A stretch of DNA of 64,000 nucleotides from Octopus sinensis. Its lineage: Eukaryota. Within the stretch, counting starts at the first letter, position 1. Each line of letters opens with the position of its first letter. The DNA lies in contig NC_043011.1 of the NCBI RefSeq assembly GCF_006345805.1, forward strand, positions 35,228,464 through 35,292,463, in the 5' to 3' direction. Position numbers and translations under genes: made by a program. Shown here one piece after another: positions 1 to 12,481 of the stretch. The notes beneath the pieces are model-generated. The model had not been told where the DNA came from. It was given only the letters and a program-made list of their open reading frames with translations, and did not search any database.

Positions 1-311
1 ATAAACTTTGCTCATGACTTTAGTCCAACGATGAGTCATGTGCTCCTGTTATAAAGAATTGATGTCATAAGTTATATGATAAATATGTGTTTTTATATAT
101 GTGCAGGGTGGTTGCATTTTCGTAAAGGTTATTGGTAAAGCACATCTTGCAAAAACACCAGACAGTTACATGTATTTATCAGAGTGTGGGCTGCAAATTC
201 AAATTTCTATAGCGTGTGTCGTTACAATAATCGTGCCTCTAGACAATGCTTCTCAATGTATGTACATACATACATATATATACATACAAGCATTCACACA
301 TACACACACAC

Positions 312-860
<549 letters not shown>

Positions 861-1554
861 GATATAGCTGGACTTTGGTGAATTACATTACGGTGAATAG
901 GTGGTTGGTCTCTTGAATATTTCACTAAGGATACTATTATAAAAACTTTACGTGTTTGTTTTGGGATAATATTAATTAGCTCTATTTACGAAATCACAAG
1001 AACTGTCCTTTTTCTAGACATATTGGCGATTCCTGTTTTACTTTAGCACTAGTTATATTTTACTATTATTTATGTACCCTGGTACCCCTATAAAAGAGGT
1101 AACCCACCAATTATTTTTCTGGATTATTTGCTAGTTTACTCTTTTGCACATCGACGTTAAGCTTCACTCTGCAAAATGGCATGATTGTAATATATTGAGC
1201 CTTCTTGCCTCATCTTGAGGCCCTGTTCTTTCTTCTTCCCTCTTCCCTTCTTTTATCTTATGTATTTGTATTCACTCTGACGAATCTCCATGTACGAGAT
1301 CGAATGTGCTATAAAGGTGACGAATATAATTTTCGGAATTTTCTTTGTAGGCACCAACTGACATTGGTAGCCGAAACGGCCGTAAGCAATGTTAAATTTT
1401 GTAGTAAAAAATAGTTAACCGATATTAGTCAATTTGTTTGTTTGCTGATCAAAAGTTTTCTCCATATTCTGCTGTTATATATATGTATATAGGTGCAGGC
1501 TGTGTGTGTGTATGTGTGTATGTGCGTGCGTGCGTGTGTCTGTGTACTATGAAC

Positions 1555-1708
1555 TTTCACATAGTTTCCGTTTGGCAAATTCTCTCACAAATCAGTGATA
1601 GGCCCAGGACTGTAGTGAAAGACACTTGCCTGAGACACGCCTTTCAATGGAACTGAACACCGAAACCATACGGCTTCAATGGAGTTTCTTAACTACACAG
1701 CCATGCCT
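1555..1708 (-). mobile_element. Degenerate SINE family A, 5' half
   Basis: Reverse complement resembles the head/CORE part of the copy at 47550. Confidence 0.6.
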
Positions 1709-1954
1709 GAAACTATAATAATATATTTACCAATCTTAACTGTATTTTTTTATTTTTAGAAAGTTTAAAAATAAATGTTAACAGAAGGCTGCAGTTCTGC
1801 TACAAACATTTTTATAAAATGGTCTTATTTCTTTAAAATAGTTTTCATTCAAAGACCAAAGAAATATACGATTGTTGTCCCTCGTGTCCGAAAGGGACGG
1901 TTCTGCAATTTTTTGCTGAACAGCCCACATTGATGATATGTTTATTGTGATTAA

Positions 1955-2262
1955 ATGTAAAAAGAGTAAAGACCCCTTTGGTTATAAATGACAATGGGAT
2001 TGAATATAGAAAGTTCTCCTCCGAGGCACAAGTCCGTGAAGTTTGTTGTGAAAGACCAGTAGTCGGCCATGCATAATAGTCTCCCTTTACTTTGCAACCG
2101 ATGTTGTTCGAGGAAAAGGTAAAGGTCGATACAGCTTGGCACCAGTGACGTCGCATTTCTACAGTTGAGTGAACTGGAGCAGCGTGAAATAAAGAACACA
2201 ATACACTGCCCGGTCCGACAGTCGAACTCACTACTTCATGATTGCGAACCCGACGTTCTAAC
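1955..2262 (-). mobile_element. tRNA-headed CORE-type SINE family B
   Basis: Reverse complement aligns by eye along 10845-11182 (CTGGTGCCAAGCTGTATCG, GACTACTGGTCTTTCA). Confidence 0.8.
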
Positions 2263-2339
2263 GTGTTGCTTATTCCTGCCATCAAGTTGACGTTGCCTAA
2301 ACAGGTACCAAATGCACCGCACATTAGGCGTCAAAATAA

Positions 2340-2462
2340 TCTTGGAACAGCGTAAAACGATGTGTTTTACTCAAGACCTCAACGCCCTCCCCGATCCAGG
2401 AATTGGAACTACGATCTGGTTGTCTTCAGTGCAACAATCTAACCAATAAGCCATGGGTCACT
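2340..2462 (-). mobile_element. Degenerate tRNA/CORE SINE head
   Basis: A-box-like TGGCTTATTGG, B-box-like GTTCCAATTCC and CORE-like GTCTTGAGTAAAACAC on the minus strand. Confidence 0.5.
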
Positions 2463-2831
2463 CGCTCACAAATAAATACAGAAAAACATTTAAAGCAAAT
2501 TTCCAGATAAATATAAACCTATACTATAAAAATTCTTATATGAAATAAGATCATTTTAAAGAATGCTTTACGAAAGAAATTTCCAACCGTTAGATCGCTG
2601 TTTCGTTTTTTTCCTTTTCTATATAAAATTTTGTTGATTAAACAACAATTACAATTTGTAAGTATAGACACTTCCACAGTGCTTTTTCTTCATTCGTTGT
2701 TGTTGATTTTGCAATGTTTTAGACCCAGGTTAGCCCTAACCGGACCCGCCAACGAGCAATATATTTCCAGCTATTACGTATCCATTGACCCCCAAGTTTT
2801 TTTTTTCTTCTGAAATACAGTAGTGTAATTA

Positions 2832-3214
2832 CAAGGGAGCGCTGAGAAGTTCCTGGCTTTAAGGAACTTAAAGGCTTAGTTGGAGGCCCAACTTCCGGAG
2901 TTCTTTTACAGGGCTTAGGAAAAATGAAAGACCGCTACAATAAGTCTGTGAATCTCAGCGGGAAATATACTGCATAAAATCATAATTAACAAACCCTCTC
3001 TCTCTCTCTTTACTTGTTTCAGTCATTTGACTGTGGCCATGCTGGAGCACCGCCTTTAGTCGAGCAAATCGACCCCAGGACTTATTCTTCGTAAGCCTAG
3101 TACTTATTCTATCAGGTCTTTTGCCGAACCGCTAAGTTACAGGGACATAAACACACCAGCATCGGTCGTCAACCGATGTTGGGGGAACAAACATATTCAC
3201 AAGCACATACATAC

Positions 3215-3274
<60 letters not shown>

Positions 3275-3490
3275 CACGACGGGCTTCTTTCGGTTTCCAT
3301 CTACCAAATCCACTCACAAGGCTTTGTTCAGCCCGAGGCTATAGCAGAAGACACTTGCCCAAGGTTCCACGCAGTGGGACTGAAGTCAGAACCATCTGGT
3401 TCGTAAGCAAACTACTTACCACGCAGCCACTCCTACGCCTCCTGTATTTTATTTAACCAAAAGTCCGGAATTTTTAGCACCCCCACCTCG
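2832..3490 (+). mobile_element. Internally deleted mariner (MITE) interrupted by a SINE A
   Basis: Imperfect ~30-bp TIRs (CAAGGGAGCGCTGAGAAGTTCCTGGCTTT / AAAGTCCGGAATTTTTAGCACCCCACCTCG) with TA on both sides. Residual mariner C-terminus QGLGKMKDRYNKSVNLSGKYTA*. Confidence 0.75.
2998..3440 (-). mobile_element. Full-length SINE family A with internal (AT)n
   Basis: Reverse complement matches 47550-47996 from head to tail. Confidence 0.9.
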
Positions 3491-4073
3491 TAAAACTACG
3501 TCATCCAACGTCCCTTTCTTTATGAAAGTTATTAATGTGGTTTCAGAAAGGACTGACTTCTATTTTTAGAAGATCGAATGAACGCATTGATGCGTCTCTT
3601 TTTCGGCTCGACACATTATTGATCCTATTAGAGAGTTTGTCTAGTTTTTAATGATATACTTTGCTGTTTTTAAATTGTTATTTTCGGCTTTTGTTTTAAG
3701 AGTAAAGAAAAATTTATAAAGACTAAAAATATTTTCAGTCTTTTTTTTTCTTTCATTTTTGTGTTGGTTAAAATATTACAAAGACTAAATTCAGTGGTTT
3801 TTAAAAAGGAAAATCTTTATCTAACGAGGCCTTGTGTAGTGAATATTTAAAAAAAAAAAAAATAAACAACATTCTGCTCATGCCGTCATACAGAGAAAGA
3901 CGACACGAAAAAAATAAAGAAAAAATAATGAAAGCCGAAGAGCCAAAGCAAAATACGCGAAACGAGAGAAAAAGTAAACGAAGATCAAGATGACAAGAAA
4001 CATTGAGAGAGCAAGACGAGTATTTGTCGGTATATATGTGTGTGAAAGAGATAAGAGAAAATATATATATATA

Positions 4074-4104
<31 letters not shown>

Positions 4105-4254
4105 ACATATACTTACAGAAACACACACATACTTACAAACACACACACACATATGATATTTATTTTATATATATATATATATATATAGGAAAAATAGAAG
4201 AATAAAGACATGTAAATGGAGAAAAACAACATAGATGGTTAAAGAGAGGAGAAA

Positions 4255-4433
4255 GAGATAGATAGTATATATATATATAGAGAGAGAGAGGCAAACAGAC
4301 AGATATGCGGATAGCTAGATAGTTAGGTAGATAGATAAATAGATAGACAGATACATAGATAAAATAGATAAATAGATATGGTGACAGACAGACAGATATA
4401 TAGACAGACAGATAGATAGACAGACAGACAGAC

Positions 4434-4468
<35 letters not shown>

Positions 4469-4511
4469 CAGATAGACAGATACATAGATAAATAGATAGA
4501 TAGACAGATAC

Positions 4512-4548
<37 letters not shown>

Positions 4549-4574
4549 CATATACATAGCTAAATAGATATGGT

Positions 4575-4621
<47 letters not shown>

Positions 4622-4625
4622 TGAA
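4255..4625. repeat. (GATA)n/(GACA)n compound microsatellite
   Basis: Direct reading. Confidence 0.95.
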
Positions 4626-4940
4626 GAGAGCGAAATAGATCTGTAATGAAAGATGGTCGACAAGATAGCAAGACAGATAATAGAGCACAAAAAAAGAGAG
4701 AGAAGCATAAGAAGTTTAACAAATAAGGATTGAACATCAATAAAAGTGAAGGGGAAAAAGAATAGATTCAAGAACAATAATGTCAAATACCACCACGATG
4801 AAACTTTTCACTGTCTTTCGTTGAAGGAGTATGAGCGCTTGGTGGCTTTTCTTTTTCGTAAATGTATTTCTTTATTCAAGTAAAGTAGCTGGTTCTAGAA
4901 TCCTTAAAAGTGATGTAAGTTGTAACGATACTAAGATGTA

Positions 4941-5589
4941 ATATTTGTTGCCACTTCAGCGTGGCTGTTCCATACAGAACTATTTTTCTACAGTGGAGGC
5001 GCAATGGCCCAGAGGTTAAGGCAGCGGACTTGCGGTCGTAGGATCCCGCTCGTAGGATCGCGGTTTCGATTCCCAGACCGGGCGTTGTGAGTGTTTATTG
5101 AGCGAAAACATCTAAAGCTCCAAAGGCTCCAGCAGGCGGTGGCGGTGAACCCTGCTGTACACTTTCACCACAACTTTCTCTCACTCGTTCTTCCTGGTTT
5201 CTGTTGTACCTGTATTTCAAAGGGCCAGCCTTGTCACACTCTGTGTCACGCTGAATCTCCCCCGCTAACTACATTAAGGGTACACGTGTCTTTTCTTTGG
5301 AGTGTTCAGCCATTTGCACGTTAATTTCACGAGCAGAATGTTCCGTTGTTCGGATCCCCTGGAACCCTTGTCATCGTAACCGACGGAGTGCCACGATGTC
5401 TCTACATTTTAACCCCGGAAAATATCGTTTCCGAGGAAGGAGATGGGTGGAGGAGTGGTTCGCTTCCTTACTCGCAATATATCAGACACAGGCTGTGTCG
5501 TTAACCAGGTGCAAAAACCTATTTTCTTAGGATTAAAATCTAGTGCATAGTTCTGTATGGAACAGCCACGCTGAAGTGGCAACGAACAT
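4941..5589. mobile_element. MITE with 43-bp TIRs and TA TSD, carrying a SINE C insertion
   Basis: Perfect 37-bp inverted repeat 4947-4983 / 5547-5583, extendable to 43 bp with 2 mismatches; TA at 4939-4940 and 5590-5591. Confidence 0.8.
4995..5393 (+). mobile_element. tRNA-derived SINE family C, full length
   Basis: A box TGGCCCAGAGG, B-box-like GGTTTCGATTCCC; homologous to 55686-56058 and 25687-26065. Confidence 0.9.
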
Positions 5590-5612
5590 TATTTCTTTAT
5601 TATTTTCCATAT

Positions 5613-5812
5613 GATTATTGTTGTTGTTATTATTATTATTCAGTAGTCTTATTTTTATCACGTGCTTTCATTTCACTACCGAGCGCAGCTCTGTGTGCCT
5701 TGGGTATGTGCTGTGATTTGTTGTGATGCTCTTATGTTTACTGTATTGAAAGTGTTTTGCATAGGATGTGTGCAATGCCCAGTAGTGCAATTTTCTGTAT
5801 GTTATATATATA
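5613..5812 (-). mobile_element. 3' end of R4/Dong-like LINE (subfamily A) with (AAT)n tail
   Basis: IYNIQKIALLGIAHILCKTLSIQ* plus a 3' UTR nearly identical to 13560-13712. Confidence 0.85.
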
Positions 5813-5814
5813 TA

Positions 5815-6987
5815 TATAACAATATAATAAATAAATAAAACATATGCATATATACAGGCGCAATGGCCCAGTGGTTAGGGCAGCGGACTTGCGGTCGGAG
5901 GATCGCAGTTTCGATTCCCAGACCGGGCGTTGTGTGTGTTTATTGAGCGAAAAACACCTAAAAGCTCCACGAGGCTCCGGCAGGGGATGGTGGTGATCCC
6001 TGCTGTACTCTTTCACCACTCTAAAGGCGGTGCTCCAGCATGGCCGCAGTCGAATGACTGAAACAAGTACAAAAAAAAAATACATATATGTACATACTTA
6101 CATCTATATATATATACATGCATATATATATATATATGAGTACAGGACACTACAAATAAACATAGAACACAACGAGAAACGAAAACATAAAATCAAACAA
6201 GGAAACGGACTTTTTTTAACAACGAATAAACAGAGTACAGGATGCATATGTTTTATTTATTTATTATATTGTTATTATATGACCGAACGCACGCGTTGTT
6301 TCTCTTCTCCAAGTAAGTTTTTATTTGAATAATCATAACGCGCACTCTTACTCTTTACTTGACCTTTTCTCCCTGCCTGTCTGTCTTCTTCTCTACCTGT
6401 CTCTCTCCTTCTTATTTTTCACCCTTTCTGGTTTATTTTCCTCTATCTCTCTCTCTCTCTCTCCTCCTCGTCCTCTTCTTCCTCCTCCTCCTCTCTCTGG
6501 CCGTTGACCGGAGTGCTACTAAAACTTTCTTTCTGCCCGTGCTTTCAACAAGCCAACATCGACTTCTCTGTCTTTCGCAAGCCGATTTTTCACATGCCTT
6601 GTAACTAATTTTTCCGCCGTCTAGGCTTAAAAAAAGCCCTTATTGTTGGTTTCCTTGTCCTGTTATTCTTTATTTGTACTGTTTTTTCTACTGTTTTTTC
6701 TTCATTTGTATTGCTTTTACGTCCTGTTCTTGTCACTTGTTTTACCCCTCTGCAAAATTTTTTTATTTAGTTCCTTTGGCAGGAAGGATTGCTTCGGCCG
6801 GGTCGTGTTCTGCCCTTACCTTCGAAACACGCATTGAGTCGAACTAGGGGCAGCTGATGAAGGGGAATTTTCCTTGTATTGTTTGTCCTGTACTCTGTTT
6901 TTTCGTTGTTAAAAAAAGTCCGTCTCCTTGTTTGATTTTATGTTTTCGTTTCTCGTTGTGTTCTAAGTTTATTTGTGGTGTCCTGTA

Positions 6988-7021
<34 letters not shown>

Positions 7022-7140
7022 TGTATATATACATATAGATGTAAGTATGTACATATATGTATGTATATATGCATATGTTTTATTTATTTATTATATTGTT
7101 ATTATATGACCGAACGCACGCGTTGTTTCTCTTCAAGTAA
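5815..7140. repeat. Dispersed repeat present as an inverted copy plus direct repeats (possibly PLE terminus)
   Basis: 5815-6240 (minus the SINE) is the reverse complement of ~6890-7100; 6241-6318 recurs at ~7068-7140. Related copies at 35470-36110 (-) and 56955-57200 (+). Confidence 0.7.
5857..6080 (+). mobile_element. Chimeric SINE: family C head joined to family A tail, poly(A)
   Basis: C sequence up to TTTCACCAC (6019), then AAAGGCGGTGCTCCAGCATGGCCGCAGTCGAATGACTGAAACAAGT. Confidence 0.85.
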
Positions 7141-7224
7141 TTTTTTATTTATATATATATATATATTATATATATATATATATATATATTTGTAAGTCCG
7201 ATTGTTTTTGTTATGTGCTTGTCT

Positions 7225-7308
7225 GAATATGGTTCTACTATATAACCTCGAGCCAACCAAAGCCGTGTGAGTGGATTTAGTAGACGGAAACTGAAACAGT
7301 CTATCTTG

Positions 7309-7350
<42 letters not shown>
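7225..7350 (+). mobile_element. SINE A 5' fragment ending in (AT)n
   Basis: GTGAGTGGATTTAGTAGACGGAAACTGAAA motif. Confidence 0.75.
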
Positions 7351-7357
<7 letters not shown>

Positions 7358-7412
7358 TTTTCGTTATGAGATAAAAAAACTGTGTACATTTTAGAACATT
7401 TATAGATAGAAG

Positions 7413-7460
7413 GTCTTACAGTTGTTTCCAGGATATTTATTATATCCCTTCATCGGAAAC
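7413..7460 (-). ncRNA. Degenerate type I hammerhead ribozyme (CCGAUGA core)
   Basis: GTTT-CCGATGA-A-GGGATAT aataa ATATCCT-G-GAAA-CAACTG-TA-AGAC. Confidence 0.55.
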
Positions 7461-7911
7461 GGTGTGAGAGGATGGTTAAGTAATACTTAATTTAGATAAG
7501 ATACGAAATAGAGGAGGAATGAAAATAGATGTGAGATATGTAGGGATATTGTATTTGTAGATCCATTATTTAGGCATAATGGTATACATATAAGATTCCA
7601 ATACCTTGTGAGTAAAATCCAATAGTATCTAAAATTGGTCGTTCCAAGTATAGAGTTGATACACAATGTTATTGAATCAAGAGTTTTATTTAAAGTGACC
7701 TAAAAGTAGGGAATATATTGGTAGGGTCAAATCGAAAACAGGAAGAGAGGAGTAAGGAAAGAGAAAAAAGAAGAGAATAAAAGAGAAAAGAAAGAGAAAA
7801 AAGTTAGAGGAAAAATAATAAAATAATAAAATAATAAAAAAAGAAAAAAACAACAGAGGAATAAAGGAAAGAAAGAAGAAAAATTGAAAAACAAATATAT
7901 AAGGGAATGTG

Positions 7912-8140
7912 TACCAATTTCTTTATTACCCACAAGGGGCTAAACACAGAGGGGACAAACAAGGACAAACATAGGTATTAAGTCGATTACATCGACCCCA
8001 GTGCATAACTGGTACTTAATTTATCGACCCCGAAAGGATGAAAGGCAAAGTCGACCTCGGCGGAATTTGAACTCACAACGTAACGGCAGACGAAATACCG
8101 CTAAACATTTCGCCCGGCGTGCTAACGTTTTTGCCAGCTA
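7912..8140 (-). mobile_element. tRNA-derived SINE family E monomer
   Basis: Minus strand reads AGCTGGCAAAAACGTTAGCAC...GAGTTCAAATTCC...GCCTTTCATCCTTTCGGGGTCGATAAA. Confidence 0.9.
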
Positions 8141-8904
8141 AGGATGGTAGAGAGAGAAAGGTATTAGATTGTAAAAAGATAGAAGGAATGGGGGGGGTGA
8201 TAAAAGGTAAAGGTGTGTCAAATGTGCAGTAATAGAGTCTAAGTGATGGGGCAGAGATAGGGTTAGTAGTGAGGAAGGAAGAATTTAGGAATTTAGATGG
8301 TTTGACAGGTCAGTGCTTAGTAGTGCTACTATAAGCACTGACCTATAAGGGGTGTTGAAAGTGTCGTCTTTCATTTTCAACATTTTTGCTGTCGTGTGAG
8401 TACTTCCTAGGCTGATTTGCGCAGGACGAAAAACAATTCACTGCGGAGAGACTTCTTGAATCAGTGAGAAATAAAATACCAGAAACAGTCGTTATTCAGA
8501 TACATATAATTGCACTTTAAAATATGTACTGAATGCTCTCTGTCTGTCTGTCTGCCTATTGTCTGTGTGTCTGTGTGTCTGTCTGTCTGTCTCTGTCTCT
8601 CTCTCTTTTGTTCGTTACTCAACGCGTACGTTTCTTCAAACTGGTTTGGAAACGGAAGTGAACTACGAGAATCATAAAGCAGAGTGATGAGAAAATGTCT
8701 TGCGGCACTCTCAATGAAAAAAACCTTACGATCATAACCGCTGACGTGGTTGTCTGGTAAGAAATTTGCTTCTCAATCACATGATCCCGGGTTCAATCCC
8801 ACTGTGCTGCTCCTTGTGAGTGTATTTTGTAGACGGAAACAGAAAGAATTAGACGGTGTGTGTGCGTGTGTTTGTGCGTGTGTGCGAATAATAGTAGTTA
8901 ATCT

Positions 8905-9275
8905 CTTTTTCTCGAGGCACAAAGCCCAAATTCTTTTGTGTGGAGGGACCTGTTGATTAGATCGACTCCAGTACGCAACTGGTACTTAATTTATCGACCC
9001 CGAAAGGATGAAAGGCAAAGTCGACCTCGGCGGAATTTGAACTCAGGACGTAATGGCAGGCAAAATACCTATTCCTTTACTACCCACAAGGGGCTAAACA
9101 CAGAGAGGACAAACAAGGACAGACAAACAGATTAAGTCGATTATATCGACCCCAGTGTGTGACTGGTACTTAATTTATCGACCCCGAAAGGATGAAAGGC
9201 AAAGTCAACCCCGGCAGAATTTGAACTCAGAAGCTTTTCGTCCGGTGTGCTAACGTTTCTGCCAGCTCGCCGCCT
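8905..9275 (-). mobile_element. SINE E dimer
   Basis: Two head-to-tail E modules. Confidence 0.85.
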
Positions 9276-9284
9276 TATTCGACG

Positions 9285-9540
9285 AAGTGTGCTGCTGTTG
9301 ATTCGATCAATGGATCAGCCTGTTGGGGAAATTGACGTGCACGCAGCGGGGCACTTCAGAGACATGCGTATCCTGAATGTACTTTTCAGGGTTATTTAGC
9401 ATCACACAGAAGGCAATAAGGCTTGCTTCGTTTGTATTACTGGTACAACTCATTTTTGTCAACTTAGTGGATTGGAGCAATGTGGAATAAAGTGTCTTGC
9501 TGAAGTATATACAACGCGCCTCTGGGAATCGAATTCAATG
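9285..9540 (-). mobile_element. Degenerate SINE family D (CORE plus C-type tail)
   Basis: Reverse complement resembles 30135-30455. Confidence 0.6.
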
Positions 9541-9798
9541 CACTAAACGAGCATTTATCATTCGTCACAAACGCAAGCAATATATTTAAGCAATTACACC
9601 AAATCAAACATGAGATCGATCTATAAAAGCAACACTAATTAACAGACTGGTATAGACAAGTATTAATTGATTGTTCGCTCATCATGTTTGACAATCACGT
9701 GACAGCTGGAAATGGCAACGTAAGACCGTACATGGTTTGTTTTGTGAGGCAAAAACACCTGCCCTTTCTTGCCAGAACCTTCTGGAACAATAGTGATT

Positions 9799-9845
<47 letters not shown>

Positions 9846-10844
9846 TCTGAATAAATATGAAAACTAAAGACAAAGACCAGTGAGAGAAGAAGAAACAGTT
9901 TGACACTAAGGAAGAATATATATGTATGTCATTATTTAGTTTTATTTCACGATTTATTGTCACCAAAGGAAGAACCGGTTTCTAACCTAGATTCAAGGCG
10001 CCTTCATTGGAATTCCAACATCAACAGGGTATTTTTGTATGAATGAATATGTGCAGATTTGTTCGTTTTGCTTTATCTATTTATTCTCATGCATATAGTT
10101 GCAATTCTAGACACGTTCATATATATTCAAGTGATGAACTTCTGGAAAGTTTTATAGATGTTTACAGTTCCGGTGATGGCTAGGATCTTAGCCTTCAAAT
10201 TAACTTTTTCTTTTCTGGTTTTGCGAAGCCTATTTTTCTCAAGACTGGTATTTAGGCAGTGCGTTACACATGCCAGTGCCCAAATAATTAGAAATATACC
10301 TAAACTTGTATGTATGAATGTAGGTAGGTATAAACACACACACACACGCGTGCATACACACACAAACACACACACTCATACACATACACGCACACACACG
10401 CGCACACAGACACAACAAGGTTTCGCGTATGCCTGCTATTGGGGTCTCTATGGCCAGTGGGAATAAAGATTTGATAAACGAATTTAGTAATTTCAAAAGC
10501 CGTATCGAAGCAGTAATCGATGACATTTTTATTAAATATACTTTTAATATGCATGTGTAAGAATATGTCTTCTATATTTTATAAAGACGTAATCGTTTTT
10601 TTTCTGTCTTTGTTTTCCTTAAATCAATTTTTTTCTCAAATCGCTGACGTAACCTCCTACTTACAGCATGTTTGCCTGAGCGTATGTAATCTTTTACTAT
10701 TTAACGACTGTGGGAATGTGTTGCATGCGAGAGATATAAATCTTTGCTTGAAACAACAAAACGTGTCTATGACAAAAGTTTGTTTCTCGCTTGTTTATTT
10801 AACTTCTTGAACTTCAAGATATATCGCATGGCTATGCATATGTG

Positions 10845-11182
10845 AAGGCTCAGTAGTTAGAGTGTCGGGCTCACAATCATGGGGTTGTGAGATCGATTCC
10901 CGGACCGGGCCGTGTGTTGTGTTCTTGATCAAGACACTTTATTTCACGTTGCTCCATTTCATTCAGCTGTAGAAATGAGTTGCGACGTCTCTGGTGCCAA
11001 GCTGTATCGGCCTTTGCCTTTCCCTTGGACAACATTGGTTGCATCGTGAGGGGAGACTAGTATGCATGGGCGACTACTGGTCTTTCAAAAACAACCCTGT
11101 CCAGATTTGTGCGTTAGAGGGGAAACTTTCTATGTGCAATCCCATTGGCCATTCATGACCAAAGGGGGGCTTCACCCTTTAC
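10845..11182 (+). mobile_element. tRNA-headed CORE-type SINE family B
   Basis: GGCTCAGTAGTTAGAG A box, GAGATCGATTCCC B box, CORE-like CAAGACACTTTATTTCACGTTGCTCC. Confidence 0.85.
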
Positions 11183-11545
11183 CCAATTATATAGCGATAT
11201 AACATGTTTTCACCAATAGCCCAAGAGTAGTGGTCGTCGCCATGACCCTGTTCTACAGAGACACGTATCCGTCAATAAGGCCTCCTCAACAATTATGAAA
11301 TACACTAATACCAGTAGGAGAATTACCACCATTATCAATTATCATAGGTTTTTACTTGCAACCCGACAAGGACAGCATTACAAATGTTTGAAAAGTCCAA
11401 GAACTTCCTGATAAGATGTTAAGATGTTCTGCTAATATTAATCCTTTTTGTCATTATATTTCTGTTGAACTGCACTGTCTTTGATTTTCTATTACGTTTG
11501 AAAATAATAAAGAATTTAGTAAACCAACTTTGTCATTATTAGGGA

Positions 11546-11580
11546 ACTAGCTGGCCCGGTGCCGTAAAAAATAACGGCTA
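11546..11580 (-). mobile_element. Helitron-type 3' terminus
   Basis: Minus strand has the hairpin GCCGT tattttt t ACGGC, then ACCGGGCCAG-CTAG|T; the 5' end was not located. Confidence 0.45.
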
Positions 11581-11890
11581 ATTGTAGCAATTTATATATA
11601 AATAAGGTACAAAATAGGGTACATAATAATCACAAATACATACATTCACATACTTCCCTTGTACACGCACAGACATACACACATGTACACACACAGAATT
11701 GAAACGCTGTTTGATTTTTCTTTTAATCGTTAAATGTTCACCATCCCGCTTCCAGTTTGATAGCACCCCTTCCTTCCTTATTCATCTATCACCCCTTCCT
11801 TTCTCATTTATATGATGCGATGCAGAAAGATGCAAGAGTATTATTTTAGTAGATTGTTTTGAACAACAAACAACAACAACAATAATAACC

Positions 11891-12414
11891 CTCATGGCTT
11901 CTGATCTTCACTGAATCGAAGTGTTATCATGTATGTTTCGTCTTGGTATAAAAGGTAGACTACAGCAAATATTCTGCTCAATACCACAGATTTGCTTGTC
12001 GGTTGTTTGACCTTAACCAGCTGAGCATGTCCCTTAGTGGCTGACGATATGTGCATCTCTGATCACGAGCAGAAGTAGTGGGGGAGCATCATAGCCATGT
12101 GTTGAAAGGAATTCTTATAGGTTTGGATAAGTCACCTTTGGAAACATGGGTGGTTCATTCAACATCCTTAAACAATCCTTATTCAGGGACCTTTTGAGCA
12201 GGATGGGCTACTCGACTAGAAGAAAATTCTAACTGGGCCCCACCTGCAAGGTCATGCGCTGTTTATCTTGATATGAGATCACCATGTCGCGCACATATGG
12301 TTGCGATGCATGTACCTGGTGTACCCTTATCAGACGGGTAGTCATGATGGGTGTATTGGACTTCGTATATTTTACCCCAGCGTCACTTTAATGGCATGCA
12401 CTGCTCTCTCACTC
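11891..12414 (+). mobile_element. Non-coding ~550-bp element, copy 1 (5'-truncated), followed by (AAT)n
   Basis: Highly similar to 12481-13035, with the same 3' end CTGCTCTCTCACTC. Confidence 0.85.
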
Positions 12415-12426
12415 AATAATAATAAC

Positions 12427-12480
<54 letters not shown>

Positions 12481-12481
<1 letters not shown>

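Noticed and set aside
1275-1390. Two hammerhead-like halves (CTGACGA-ATCTC/GAGAT and GAA-ACGGCCGT-A)
   Set aside because: Each lacks the other half of the core and stem I; possibly relics, but not supportable.
1845-2324. 159-aa Cys-containing ORF that looks protein-like
   Set aside because: Most of it is a SINE B copy homologous to 10845-11182; the open frame is incidental.
4995-5075. tRNA-like sequences at SINE heads
   Set aside because: No complete cloverleaf or acceptor stem, and each continues into a SINE body; not called as tRNA genes.
6848-6895. CTGATGAAGGGG motif (also at 35625 and 56968)
   Set aside because: No GAAA or stem III follows in any copy.
9965-10015. Minus-strand CCAATGA...GAAACCGGTT fold
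   Set aside because: Two core changes and poor stems I and II.
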